Below the pieces are notes generated by a model. It was not told where the DNA came from. It did not search any database and saw only the letters and a list, made by a program, of their open reading frames with translations. A stretch of DNA of 64,000 nucleotides from the NCBI GenBank assembly GCA_016181305.1, contig JACOZN010000010.1, forward strand, positions 32,001 to 96,000. Direction: 5' to 3'. The DNA is from Candidatus Woesearchaeota archaeon (GTDB lineage: Archaea > Nanobdellota > Nanobdellia > Woesearchaeales > GW2011-AR4). A program made the translations under genes and the position numbers. Below, piece after piece: positions 43,108-53,040 of the stretch; positions within the stretch are counted from its first letter, which is position 1, and the number at the start of each line of letters is the position of its first letter.

Positions 43108-44586
43108 ATGAAAACAAAGCCGTTGGTTTGGGGGCATAAAAGCAGCACTTGGCTTCTGATTATTTTAGCTTTTGCCCTTGCCCTGAGACTCGTGTTCTTT
43201 ACAGGCACTGACGCTTCTGACCCGCTGGCTTATACAAAATACGCAGACATGCTTGCGAAGGGCGAGCCGATAAATGTTGAGAGGGGCGATGCATTCAGGA
43301 TAGGGCTGCTGCTGCCTGTTTCTGTGCTGTACAGGATATTTGGATTTAATGAGTTTTCATCAAATGTGCTTGTTATCCTGGCTTCATTGGCTTCAATAGC
43401 CCTGATATACAAGTTTGGGGCAATGCTGTTTAACGAGAAAGCCGGCCTGCTCAGCGCATTTTTGCTGAGCTTTTTCCCATTTGACGTGCTGTATTCTACA
43501 AGGCTTATGACTGAGCTGCCTTCGGCATTTTTTGTTTCATTGGCTGTTTATTTGTTTCTGAAATCTGAAAAAACCGCAAATAAAAGAAAATCATATGCTT
43601 ACTGCCTTTTCTCGGGCTTGGCTGTTGGAATGGCGTACCTGATAAAGGAGCTGTCTGTATTAATCATCCTATTTTTTATCGCCTACACTATCTATTATAA
43701 AAAAATAAGAGCCAGATACTGGCTGATTCCATTGGGATTTGCAATAATATTTTTTGTAGAGGCGCTTTATTTTTTAAAGACGGCAGGCAACATGCTCTTT
43801 AGGTTTGACACTATAACAACGGCAACATACTCCATAGTGCTGGAAAATTATGGCAGGGGCAGCCTTCCATTTTCCCTTTTCCACTTCTTTTACATTGCGT
43901 TCACAGACAGCAGCTTGGGGTTGTTTTACCCGTTTATATTCGTGGCAATATTTTTCTGCATAGCCAGAAAAAAGAAAGATACCTACAACCTGTTGTTATG
44001 GTTCATACCTTTGTTTTTGTATATCAGCTTCGGCTCAATCAGCTTTACAAAATACATACTTTTCCCGGTTACAACACGGCTGTTTTCGATAGTCACCTTT
44101 CCGGGAATTTTGCTGCTGGCATATTTACTTTCGCAGGAAGATAAGCTAATCAAAAGAACGCTGATGCCAATCATCTTAATACTTCTTTTCGTGACATCAA
44201 TAGGCTATATACATGTCTCGCGCCAGAAATCCTTAATCGACAGTGAAAAGGCAGCGTACGAATTCGTAAAAGGGCTTGACAACAGCATATACACTGACGA
44301 AAGGACTTTTAATATTTTTGATTATTTATCAGGCTACGATCTGCCGGACAACATCAGGAAGTTCAGCCACTACGAGCCGCTGAACCCGCAGAACACAAGC
44401 GCTGTGGAGCTCGGCAAAATAACAGATTCTTATGTTGTAGTAAACCGCAAGCTGGTAAATTTCTATTTGTCTTACAAGAAAGGCGCCAAGTTTCCCGCTG
44501 AAATTTTTAACGTGCCAAAAGAATGGATTTTAAAAAAAAGCATTGGAAAAGGGGAAAACAGCATTGAGGTATATTACATCCCTTAA
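43108..44586 (+). CDS. GT39/ArnT-like (PMT-family) multi-TM glycosyltransferase
   Basis: 'GTDASDPLAY', 'RLMTELP', 'AYLIKE', 'VTTRLF' and a C-terminal extracellular domain. Confidence 0.8.
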   Translation: MKTKPLVWGHKSSTWLLIILAFALALRLVFFTGTDASDPLAYTKYADMLAKGEPINVERGDAFRIGLLLPVSVLYRIFGFNEFSSNVLVILASLASIALIYKFGAMLFNEKAGLLSAFLLSFFPFDVLYSTRLMTELPSAFFVSLAVYLFLKSEKTANKRKSYAYCLFSGLAVGMAYLIKELSVLIILFFIAYTIYYKKIRARYWLIPLGFAIIFFVEALYFLKTAGNMLFRFDTITTATYSIVLENYGRGSLPFSLFHFFYIAFTDSSLGLFYPFIFVAIFFCIARKKKDTYNLLLWFIPLFLYISFGSISFTKYILFPVTTRLFSIVTFPGILLLAYLLSQEDKLIKRTLMPIILILLFVTSIGYIHVSRQKSLIDSEKAAYEFVKGLDNSIYTDERTFNIFDYLSGYDLPDNIRKFSHYEPLNPQNTSAVELGKITDSYVVVNRKLVNFYLSYKKGAKFPAEIFNVPKEWILKKSIGKGENSIEVYYIP

Positions 44587-44618
44587 TTATTCCATGATTG
44601 GCTGGATTTTATCTTCTT

Positions 44619-45383
44619 CTATTCTTGCAGCTTCTTTTCCCTGTAATACACCACAATCAGGTTGTCAATCGGCTTGTTGTGCCATATGGCTTCCAGGCCG
44701 CATTGCCCGCCCAGCGCTATCATATCCCTTAGGCGGAAATAGTAAAGGTGCTCTGTCGGCATTATGTGCTTCCAAGCCCTTCCCTCTTTCCTGTGGTTGC
44801 TGCATTCAAAATCATGGGTGCCTATGGCTATCACTCCGCCTGCAGCCAGCCTTTTCCGCATCTCAATTAAAAGCCTGTCAGGACTTACCAAATGCTCTAT
44901 TGTGTTGTAGCATGTTATTGCATCAAACTTTTCAAGCGGATAATTTTCCAGCGTGCTTCTTATAAGCTTTACATTGTATCTTTTCCTTCCCTCTTCAAGG
45001 GTTTTCTCGCTTAAGTCAATTCCAACTGCATCAAATCCTGCATCCTTGGCGGCCTTCACAAGAAAGCCCATTGAGCACCCTACATCAAGAAATTTTCCTT
45101 TTGCCTTGAATTTTGACAAAAATTTGATTCTTTCCCTTGATATCTCCATAAACTCATTAAGCCTTTCGTGTATGTCCTTCTCGCCGACTGACACCTGATA
45201 GCTTTCCCAGTAATCTCCTGCATACACATCCTGGAAATGCCCGTCCTCAGGCATGGGAAAAACAAATGCAAAGCCGCAGCCGCTGCACTTCACAATATTT
45301 TGCCTTTCAAAATCATACACAATCTTATGCTCTTTTGAGCCGCACAGAAGGCAGCTGCCTTTGCCATATTTTGGCTTTTCCAT
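44619..45383 (-). CDS. Class I SAM-dependent methyltransferase with N-terminal CxxC...CxxC motif
   Basis: 'CLLCG...CSGCG', 'FLDVGCSMG', 'NTIEHL', 'EHLYYF'. ATG at 45383 overlaps the upstream TAA. Confidence 0.85.
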   Translation of the reverse strand: MEKPKYGKGSCLLCGSKEHKIVYDFERQNIVKCSGCGFAFVFPMPEDGHFQDVYAGDYWESYQVSVGEKDIHERLNEFMEISRERIKFLSKFKAKGKFLDVGCSMGFLVKAAKDAGFDAVGIDLSEKTLEEGRKRYNVKLIRSTLENYPLEKFDAITCYNTIEHLVSPDRLLIEMRKRLAAGGVIAIGTHDFECSNHRKEGRAWKHIMPTEHLYYFRLRDMIALGGQCGLEAIWHNKPIDNLIVVYYREKKLQE

Positions 45384-46333
45384 TAGTGGTTCATCCCGTA
45401 CCATTCCAATGTTTTCTTTATGCCTTCCCTCAGCTTTGTCTGCGGCTCCCAGTTCAGCTTTTCCTTCATTTTGTCCACGACAAGTATTTTTTTCATGGCT
45501 CCGTCAGGCTTTTCCGGCTGCAGGACAAACTCACCTTCCCATCCGACAGTTTCTTTTATTATATTAGCCAACTCAATCACCGAGATGCCTTTTGTCACTC
45601 CAATGTTCATTATCTCATTGCGCTCAAACTTGTCAAGATTTTCAATGGCTTTCAGTATTCCCTCGGCAGCATCCTTCACATAAATCCATTCCCTTACAGG
45701 CTTGCCGGTGCCCCATATCTCAACAATTTTTTTGTCCTGTTTTTTTGCATCGACAATTTTTGTGATGAAAGCCCCCAGGGCATGCGACTTTACAATTTCA
45801 AAATGGTCATTTGGGCCGTACATGTTCGGAAACACCAGATGTATGGGCCTGAATTCCGGGTTTTTCTGGCAGTAGGCAAAGCAGTCTCCCCAAAACATCT
45901 TTCTTGGAAGCCCGTAAGTAAGGACGCTGTCATGTATGGGGCCGTCCCAGAACTTTGACTCCTCGTATTCCTCCAGATGCCCTGGGTAAGTGCAGTTCGG
46001 CATTATGTTAACCAGATTATTGACTTGAGATTCGCTGCAAGCCCTGACAACACTCAGTCCAATGCTGACATTGTCCTCGAATACTTCCACAGGATGCAAA
46101 GCGTTGTATGCTATTCCGCCTACATGCGCGGCGCAGTGAACCACTAATTCGGGCTTGAGTTTATCGACAAATTCCTTGAATTGGCTGTAGTTCCGGATAT
46201 CAATGCCTTCCCTCCTGCTGCATGAATGCACGTCAAACCCCCTGTTTCTGAGCAATTCCACTACATTGCTGCCCAAAAATCCGGTTCCTCCTGTTACAAG
46301 CACTTTCATTTTAGCCATTTTTGTTTTTTTCAT
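45383..46333 (-). CDS. GDP-L-fucose synthase (Fcl/WcaG)-like epimerase/reductase
   Basis: GGTGFLG, 'HCAAHVGGI', 'NMYGPND', 'WGTGKPVREWIYVKD', 'KPDG' motifs. Confidence 0.83.
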   Translation of the reverse strand: MKKTKMAKMKVLVTGGTGFLGSNVVELLRNRGFDVHSCSRREGIDIRNYSQFKEFVDKLKPELVVHCAAHVGGIAYNALHPVEVFEDNVSIGLSVVRACSESQVNNLVNIMPNCTYPGHLEEYEESKFWDGPIHDSVLTYGLPRKMFWGDCFAYCQKNPEFRPIHLVFPNMYGPNDHFEIVKSHALGAFITKIVDAKKQDKKIVEIWGTGKPVREWIYVKDAAEGILKAIENLDKFERNEIMNIGVTKGISVIELANIIKETVGWEGEFVLQPEKPDGAMKKILVVDKMKEKLNWEPQTKLREGIKKTLEWYGMNH

Positions 46334-47420
46334 AAAATTCCCTGATTGAGCCGCAGATGTATTTTATCTGCTCGTCTTTAAGGCTGTAAAAGACAGGCAG
46401 TGACAATCCTTCGTCATAAGCCTTGTTCGAAACTGGAAACTCATCTTCTTTGTAGCCAAGGTGCGCAAGGTAGGGCTGCCTGTGCAATGGGTAAAAAAGG
46501 CGCCTTGTCTGAATGCCTTTGCCCTCAAGGAAAGGTATCAATTCCGCTAATTTTTCCGCCCATATGTTCACCCTGAAAGGGACAAAATTTGAAAAATCGT
46601 TGCCTTTCAAGAAGCTTACATTTTTAACATCTCGAAGCAGCCTGCGGTAAAGCTCATAATGCTCCAGCTTTACCTTTTCAATCTTTTTGAATTTCCTGAT
46701 CTGGGCTACGCCGACAGCGCACTGCAAATCTGTCATCCTGAAGTTCATTCCCAGGCCCGGGTGCACAAATGTGCCGCTGTGCGGCCTTCCCTGGTTTCGC
46801 AGCAGCTTGAGCCTGCTGTAAAGCTCTTCATTGTTCGTGAGCACAACAGCGCCCTCTCCGGTTGTTATTGTCTTGTCTGCAAAAAAAGATATTATTCCCA
46901 GGTCGCCTATTGCGCCGACATGATTTCCCCTGCAATAAACTCCAAAGCCCTGCGCCGCATCCTCGAGCACCTTTATGCCGCGCCTGGCTGCAATTTCCAT
47001 AATCTTTCCCATGTCGCAGCTTCTGCCGTAAATATGCACGGGCATTATGGCCTTGGTTTTTGGCGTTATTGCCTGCTCTATTTTACCTGTGTCTATGTTT
47101 AAGTCATCATCAAGAACATCGACAAATTTTGGAACAGCTCCCCTGAATATCACAGGCGATGCCGAGGCGCTGAAGGTGAAGTCCGGCAAGATTACCTCAT
47201 CGCCTTCCCTGATGCCCAATGCCGCCAAAGAAAGGTACAATGCCAGTGTGCCGTTGCTGGCCAAAACAGCGTACCTTGCTTTTGTGAATTTTTTTATATC
47301 CTCCAGAAACTCCTCGGAAAAAGGGCCTTCTGTTATCCACCTGGTTTCTATGACTTTTTTCAGGTTGTTCAGCTCGTCTTCGTCAAAATACGGCTCCAAT
47401 TGGGGAACTTTGTATTTCAT
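46311..47420 (-). CDS. DegT/DnrJ/EryC1/StrS PLP-dependent NDP-sugar aminotransferase (perosamine synthase-like)
   Basis: 'SNGTLALYL', 'MPVHIYG', 'EDAAQGFG', 'SFFADKTITTGEG', 'NFRMTDLQCAVG', 'LSLP' motifs. Confidence 0.92.
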   Translation of the reverse strand: MKYKVPQLEPYFDEDELNNLKKVIETRWITEGPFSEEFLEDIKKFTKARYAVLASNGTLALYLSLAALGIREGDEVILPDFTFSASASPVIFRGAVPKFVDVLDDDLNIDTGKIEQAITPKTKAIMPVHIYGRSCDMGKIMEIAARRGIKVLEDAAQGFGVYCRGNHVGAIGDLGIISFFADKTITTGEGAVVLTNNEELYSRLKLLRNQGRPHSGTFVHPGLGMNFRMTDLQCAVGVAQIRKFKKIEKVKLEHYELYRRLLRDVKNVSFLKGNDFSNFVPFRVNIWAEKLAELIPFLEGKGIQTRRLFYPLHRQPYLAHLGYKEDEFPVSNKAYDEGLSLPVFYSLKDEQIKYICGSIREFYEKNKNG

Positions 47421-47424
47421 GCAG

Positions 47425-48192
47425 TCACCTTAGCTTACAGACAAAGTTTATTTTCCAGTCATTTTCGGCAATTTTTTTGCTTGGCTCCTTGTAAGGGAAT
47501 GCCTGCACGACTTTCAGGCCTGAAGCATCAAGAGCACTCGCAATCTCGTTGTATGTGAAAAAGTTGATTACAATGCTGGGATTGGCGCGCTCTGCAAGCC
47601 TGCCGTTCTTATAAGCTTTTATGTCATACTTCAGCGTGCAAACCTGCCTTAAAAAATCAGTCTTTGGGATTGCTTTCCTCTCAATTTTTAACCCTTTCCA
47701 TTCGATTGTCTTTGTTTTTATTTCCGGGGGATGCAGAAAAACAGCGCTGCCGTTCCATGCATCGAAAATGAATATTGAGCCATTTTTCATGTTTTTAGCC
47801 ACTGAACTGAAAAAGCCCACAAGATTCTTGTACGGGCCAAGCGCATTCACGACATCAAACAAGGATATGATTACATCAAACGGCTCATTTACATCTTTAA
47901 AGCTTTTGCACTCAAAATGCAGCCCTGTGGACTTGCCTCTTGCAATGCCAATCATGTGCCTTGACACATCAAATCCATATGCCCTGTAGCCCATCCTGGA
48001 AAATGCAATGGTGTGGTTTCCGGTGCCGCAGCCCACATCAGCCAGCTTAAGGCTTTTTTTCCCTGAATTTTCTTTCTTTAAATATTTCCTTATGACAGAA
48101 TCTATTACTCTGGCTTCTCCATCATAGTCCTTGCCCTTGTTTATCAAATCGTAATACTTCGAAAATGTCCCGCTGTAATTGGTGTTTTTCAT
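47425..48192 (-). CDS. Class I SAM-dependent methyltransferase, TylM1/DesVI-like
   Basis: 'YYDLINKGKDYDGEA', 'DVGCGTGNH', 'FIFDAW' motifs. GGTGA-type ribosome-binding site before the next gene. Confidence 0.8.
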   Translation of the reverse strand: MKNTNYSGTFSKYYDLINKGKDYDGEARVIDSVIRKYLKKENSGKKSLKLADVGCGTGNHTIAFSRMGYRAYGFDVSRHMIGIARGKSTGLHFECKSFKDVNEPFDVIISLFDVVNALGPYKNLVGFFSSVAKNMKNGSIFIFDAWNGSAVFLHPPEIKTKTIEWKGLKIERKAIPKTDFLRQVCTLKYDIKAYKNGRLAERANPSIVINFFTYNEIASALDASGLKVVQAFPYKEPSKKIAENDWKINFVCKLR

Positions 48193-48194
48193 GC

Positions 48195-49610
48195 CTATAC
48201 CCTGAATTTGAACAGTTTCATTGCCTTCAATGATATTTTAAGCAGCATCCAGCCGTGCTTGATGGCATTGATTTTTGTTTTACCATACTTCCTCGGCAGG
48301 TATGTTATCGGGACCTCAACCAGCTTAAGGTTGTTCTTCATGCACCAGAATATCATCTCAAAATCGCCAAAAGGATCCAAGTCCCTGAAAAAGTTTTTTT
48401 GCTTCTCAAACTGCCTGTACCTTTCCCTGGACATGGCTTTCACTCCTGAAAGCGTGTCTGTAAACCTCTGGCCAACTATCCATGTGAATATTTTTGCGAA
48501 CATGCCGTTTCCGAAATAATTAAGCTTTGGCATGGCTTTTTTGTTCATCCTGTAAACAAGCCTTGATCCCTGTATGTACTCGCCGTAGCCCTTTTTATAG
48601 ATGTCCCAGACATATGATATTTCTTCAGGAGGCGTTGTGAGATCTGCTTCCAGAAGTATGATAAAGTCGCCTTTTGCATACCCAAAGCCCGTGTAAATTG
48701 CGTCTTTTGGGCCGATGCCCTTCTGCTTCAGCAGCTTTATGTCCTTTTTCGGGTATTTTTTAATCATCTCCCTTATCTTGCCGTAAGTATTGTCCTTTGA
48801 GCCGCCTTCCACAAAAATCAGCTCTGTATGCCCTCCCATGCTTGGCGTTCTTTTTACAAGCTCCTCTATGTTGCCCTCTTCGTCCTTGCAGGTCAGGACA
48901 ACAGACACATTTTTTGCATCTTTAGGGGCTTCATTCAGCCTGAAAATAAGGAATTGGTTGATGCACAGGCCGTTAATTAAAGGCAGCTTTGCAAGCACTT
49001 TGTTTAAGAATGCCGACAGAATCGGGATATATTTGGGCATCAGCCCGAATTTGTCCCTTTTTATCAGCTGGTAGCCGTTGATGTTTATGATATTCTCTAT
49101 GTCCTTGACGGCAAGCTCGTTTATCTTGACTTCAGGCATCTTGAGCCTCAGCTTCTCTGAGAGCCTGAGCAAAGGAGACCAAATCCGGTTGTACTCGGAG
49201 ATTATTATCCTTGTGTCATGATTGCAGGATTTTTTTATGTTCTGCAGCAGTTTCTGCATGTTGGTTATGCTTAAAATGCCGGATATTATTATATAGTCAA
49301 ATTTCTCTTTTGTGCTGAAATCATCATAGGCTGAGCATACAAACTTGATGCCGGGATAGCTTTTTCTTGCAGCCTTGATTGTTTCATCGCTGAAATCAAC
49401 TCCGACTCCGTAAGACGGATTGAGGCTGCCTATTATGTAGCCTATGCCGCAGCCAAGCTCAAGAACCCTGCTATTCTCGGGCACCACGAAAGAATAGTAT
49501 TTCAGCATCTGCCCGTGATAATATTTGTTTTTCCTTATCCACTGGTGCCTTTCTTTCGCGTAAGAGTCGTAATGCTCCCGTATATTCCTTAAAAGATTCC
49601 TGTCTATCAT
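48195..49610 (-). CDS. Methyltransferase-like + GT2 fusion protein
   Basis: N-terminal 'VLELGCGIG', C-terminal 'VVLTCKDEEGN', 'FVEGGSKD', 'LEADLTTPPEE', 'DTLSGVKA', 'DPFGDFEM'. Confidence 0.85.
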   Translation of the reverse strand: MIDRNLLRNIREHYDSYAKERHQWIRKNKYYHGQMLKYYSFVVPENSRVLELGCGIGYIIGSLNPSYGVGVDFSDETIKAARKSYPGIKFVCSAYDDFSTKEKFDYIIISGILSITNMQKLLQNIKKSCNHDTRIIISEYNRIWSPLLRLSEKLRLKMPEVKINELAVKDIENIININGYQLIKRDKFGLMPKYIPILSAFLNKVLAKLPLINGLCINQFLIFRLNEAPKDAKNVSVVLTCKDEEGNIEELVKRTPSMGGHTELIFVEGGSKDNTYGKIREMIKKYPKKDIKLLKQKGIGPKDAIYTGFGYAKGDFIILLEADLTTPPEEISYVWDIYKKGYGEYIQGSRLVYRMNKKAMPKLNYFGNGMFAKIFTWIVGQRFTDTLSGVKAMSRERYRQFEKQKNFFRDLDPFGDFEMIFWCMKNNLKLVEVPITYLPRKYGKTKINAIKHGWMLLKISLKAMKLFKFRV

Positions 49611-49641
49611 AAGAGTTTTTGCCCCCTAAAAAAGCCAAAAT

Positions 49642-50580
49642 TCAGACATTTGAATAAACCCTTGGCACCTGTATGACTTCCATTGCGCGTATAAGCTCCT
49701 TGATGCCCTTGTGTATGTCTATGACTGTGCGGAAGCCAAGGCTGTTGATTTTTTTATATGACACTTCGTAGTTTCTTTGGTCCTCATCCTTGCCGCTGTC
49801 GGCAAAATGCAGGTAGTAATCCTTGTATTTCTTTAATATGAGGGCTATGTCCTCCTTGCTGTAGTTCATGCCATTGTCCCCGACGTTGTACACCTGCCTT
49901 GCCATCTTACCCCTGTTTTCCAGAGCGAATATTACGGACCTCGCTATGTCCCTTACATGGATGAAAGTCCTTTTGAATTCCTTTTCATAAATTAAAAGGT
50001 AGTTGTTTTTTACCATCTGGTAGACAAAGTCGTTAATCAGCAGGTCCAGCCTCATTCTTGGGGAAACCCCGAATGCAGTTGCATACCTGTATATGACTAC
50101 ATTGCATGACTTGTTTGCGAGAAAATGCCTTTCTGCATTTGTCTTCGTCTCGCCGTAAACTGTCAACGGGCTTAAAGGCGTTTCTTCAGTGCATACTTCG
50201 TCAGTTACAGCGCCGTAATTGCTTCCGGTTGATGTGAACACGACCAGCTGCTCAGGGCTTACGTTATCGGCAATGAATTTTGACGAGTCCTCGTTTATCT
50301 GCTTTGCAAGCACAGGGTCTTTTTTGCATGCCGGATAGCCCACTATAGCGGCTAAATGTACTATTGAGTCGGCATCTGAAATAGCTTTCTTCAGCGCATT
50401 TCCATCGCGGACATCCCCTTTGATAAAATGGAAGCTGTCATTATGGAAAAGCGGCAATATGCCGTCGCCGCCATACATAAGGCTGTCAAAGACTGTGACA
50501 TCATAGCCTTTCTCCAGCAGCATAGGAACCAGCACAGAACCTACATATCCTGCCCCGCCGGTAACAAGCACTTTTTCCAT
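49642..50580 (-). CDS. NAD-dependent epimerase/dehydratase (extended SDR)
   Basis: GGAGYVG, 'VHLAAIVGYPAC', YGETK, 'SPRMRLDLLIN', 'DQRNYEV'. Start at ATG 50580. Confidence 0.86.
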   Translation of the reverse strand: MEKVLVTGGAGYVGSVLVPMLLEKGYDVTVFDSLMYGGDGILPLFHNDSFHFIKGDVRDGNALKKAISDADSIVHLAAIVGYPACKKDPVLAKQINEDSSKFIADNVSPEQLVVFTSTGSNYGAVTDEVCTEETPLSPLTVYGETKTNAERHFLANKSCNVVIYRYATAFGVSPRMRLDLLINDFVYQMVKNNYLLIYEKEFKRTFIHVRDIARSVIFALENRGKMARQVYNVGDNGMNYSKEDIALILKKYKDYYLHFADSGKDEDQRNYEVSYKKINSLGFRTVIDIHKGIKELIRAMEVIQVPRVYSNV

Positions 50581-50676
50581 AGCTCTTGGTATTGAATGCG
50601 CTCTTTTAAAGTTTTCGATAGGGCATCGTCTTGGGCTCGGCATTCTGAACATTGACAAGGCGCAAATTCAAAATCA

Positions 50677-50690
50677 AAAACGTTTAAATA
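50677..50690 (+). promoter_or_regulatory. Archaeal BRE/TATA for the flippase gene
   Basis: AAAACG-TTTAAATA ending 23 bp before ATG 50713. Confidence 0.58.
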
Positions 50691-50712
50691 AAGACTGGGC
50701 AAACCACTGAAA

Positions 50713-52203
50713 ATGGAGAACTACACCAAGTTTGCCATCAGGGGCGCTGCCATAGTGTTTGTCATTTCAATTATAGCAGCCTTTATGGGATATATTGTCA
50801 GGATACTGCTGGCAAGGAATCTGAGCATAGAGGACTTTGGCTTGTTTTACGCTGTTGTCTCATTCCTGGGGCTCATAGGGGTTTTTAAGAGCCTTGGGTT
50901 TGACAGGGCGCTGACAAAGTTCATTCCTGAATTCGAGAGCAAAGGCAGGAATGACCTGATAAAAAGCTCAATAATCTATGTTTTGGCTATACAAGTTGTG
51001 GTAAATTCTGTCGTCATTATTGCCGTTTATCTTCTCTCGAATTACCTCAGCTCTCATTTTTTTCACAATGCAAATGCGGGCTTTGTGCTTAAGCTGATGG
51101 CAATAGCATTCTTCATAGACAGCTTTACGATAGTGCTGAAGTTTGCTTTCCAGGGATTCAGGAAGATGTGGTATTTCTCATTGGTGGATTTGGTCAGGAT
51201 GCTGCTGATCATAGGCATAATTCTTATCGGGCTGAAAACTGGCTTTGGATTGAAGATTCCTGTATATGCCTATATACTAACGCCGCTTATTCTGACGATA
51301 ATTTTCGGCTTTATTTTTGTGAAAAAAGTTTTCCCAAAGTTCTTTGAGTCAAAATTTTCCTGGAGCAGGAGACTGTTCAGGAGGATATCAAAATACAGCA
51401 TATTTGTGCTGGCAAATGATGTTGGCGGCGTTATTTTGGGAAATACTGATGTGACAATGCTGACTTATTTCACTGACTTGAAGAATGTTGCCTTGTACAG
51501 CGTTGCTTACCCGACAGCAAGGGTTCTTCTGTACTTTCCGAGGGCTACAGGGCAGGTGCTGTTTCCATTGACAAGCGAGCTGTGGGCAAAGAAAAGAAAA
51601 GACCTTCTCAAGGCAGGCATCGAATCATTATACAAGTATTCCATAATAACAATAATACCAATAGTTTTTGTGGTGTTTTCATTTGCCGACCTTATAATAA
51701 GCACGTTATACGGGAAAGATTACCTGCTCGCGGGCAATGTGATGAAAATACTTGTTTTGGGCATCATGTTTGCAGTCATACACCATGTCAACGGAAATTT
51801 TTTTGCAGGCATAGGAAAGCCGCAGGTAACGAGCAGGATTGTTTATGCGGCTGCTGTTTTCAACTTTGCCGCAAACCTTGCAATGATTCCATTTTTGGGC
51901 ATACTGGGGGCTGCCATCACGACTGCAGCAGGATATCTTATAATGATGGTTATGGGGCTTATTGAAATCAGAAAATTCATCGCAATTTCTTACCCCATAA
52001 AGCCGTGGCTGGGCACTCTTGCTGCAGGCATTGCTGCCACAGCAGCAATATGGCTTCTGAAGGAAGCAATTTCCCTTAATGTATGGCTGGAAACAGGAAT
52101 AATTTTAGCAATATCAGGGCTTTTGTACATAGCTGTGCTGTTTCTGCTTAGGGTTGTAAAGGTTCAGGAATTGAAAGATTTGTACAAAAGAGTGTTAAAA
52201 TAA
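50713..52203 (+). CDS. Wzx/RfbX-type oligosaccharide flippase (MOP superfamily)
   Basis: About 14 TM helices, 'LARNLSIEDFGLF', 'DVTMLTYF...VALYSVAY', 'LAMIPFLGILGAAITT' motifs. Confidence 0.9.
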   Translation: MENYTKFAIRGAAIVFVISIIAAFMGYIVRILLARNLSIEDFGLFYAVVSFLGLIGVFKSLGFDRALTKFIPEFESKGRNDLIKSSIIYVLAIQVVVNSVVIIAVYLLSNYLSSHFFHNANAGFVLKLMAIAFFIDSFTIVLKFAFQGFRKMWYFSLVDLVRMLLIIGIILIGLKTGFGLKIPVYAYILTPLILTIIFGFIFVKKVFPKFFESKFSWSRRLFRRISKYSIFVLANDVGGVILGNTDVTMLTYFTDLKNVALYSVAYPTARVLLYFPRATGQVLFPLTSELWAKKRKDLLKAGIESLYKYSIITIIPIVFVVFSFADLIISTLYGKDYLLAGNVMKILVLGIMFAVIHHVNGNFFAGIGKPQVTSRIVYAAAVFNFAANLAMIPFLGILGAAITTAAGYLIMMVMGLIEIRKFIAISYPIKPWLGTLAAGIAATAAIWLLKEAISLNVWLETGIILAISGLLYIAVLFLLRVVKVQELKDLYKRVLK

Positions 52204-52205
52204 GG

Positions 52206-53009
52206 TTATTTTACATACCCAAAGAACTTCCTCCTTACCAAGTCAAAGTCGTCAAACCTGTATAATGCAAAATCGAGCTTATCCAGCAGATTAAGCCTTT
52301 TGAGGTGGTGCAGTGCAAGCAGGTGGCTTGAGCATTGGCATTCCTTTAGATATGAATCAAGATTATCATAAAGCGCTGCAAACCTGTCCATGAAATCTGA
52401 GTTGGAGAAGAAAAACAAGTCAGACAGCCCTTCGTTGTTGTGTGGGTAGCCAATCGGCTTTTTTGCATATTTGGACATGTCTGCTTTCTTCGCGACATCC
52501 CAGTATTGGCTGTTTGGGACTTCCTTTCCGTCGGGGCTTACATACCTGTAAGCATGGGGAGCGTAAAATCTGCCCAGATCATAATTCTCAAATGTAACAT
52601 CGCTGAAAAATGCCAAGTCAAACCTTGAGATGAAAACGCAGTCGTACCTGAAATTGTTTTCTTCCTCATATTGTCTTTTAAGCCCTATGGCTTTTTTAGT
52701 GCTGTACCACCTGCTGGAAGTGGCGTGCTTCATGTAGGGGCGCTTGTCAATTATTTTTTTCAGGAAATTCGGCTTGTCAAAGATTATCTGCTTCTCAAAA
52801 AGGCTCTTTTTCGGCTTGTATACCTTTTTAATTTCGTCCTCAAACTGCACGCTCCATGTATGCAGGAATACATCACAGTCATTTTTGTCAAGAATATGCT
52901 TTTTGTAGTGCTCGTAGCCTATCTTGAAGTCAACAGGCATTCCCTCGTATTTCTCACTTAACCCTCCTGCCAGTCCATGCAAACAGAATGCAACTTTCAT
53001 CACAACCAC
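52206..53009 (-). CDS. Putative glycosyl/phosphotransferase-like protein of unknown family
   Basis: 'KVAFCLHG', 'DVFLHTWS', 'YDCVFISRFD', 'DLFFFSNSDFMDRFA' pattern typical of glycan-locus proteins. Confidence 0.55.
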   Translation of the reverse strand: MVVMKVAFCLHGLAGGLSEKYEGMPVDFKIGYEHYKKHILDKNDCDVFLHTWSVQFEDEIKKVYKPKKSLFEKQIIFDKPNFLKKIIDKRPYMKHATSSRWYSTKKAIGLKRQYEEENNFRYDCVFISRFDLAFFSDVTFENYDLGRFYAPHAYRYVSPDGKEVPNSQYWDVAKKADMSKYAKKPIGYPHNNEGLSDLFFFSNSDFMDRFAALYDNLDSYLKECQCSSHLLALHHLKRLNLLDKLDFALYRFDDFDLVRRKFFGYVK

Positions 53010-53040
53010 TTTGTAATTCCTGCCAGATTGATTGTTCTCT

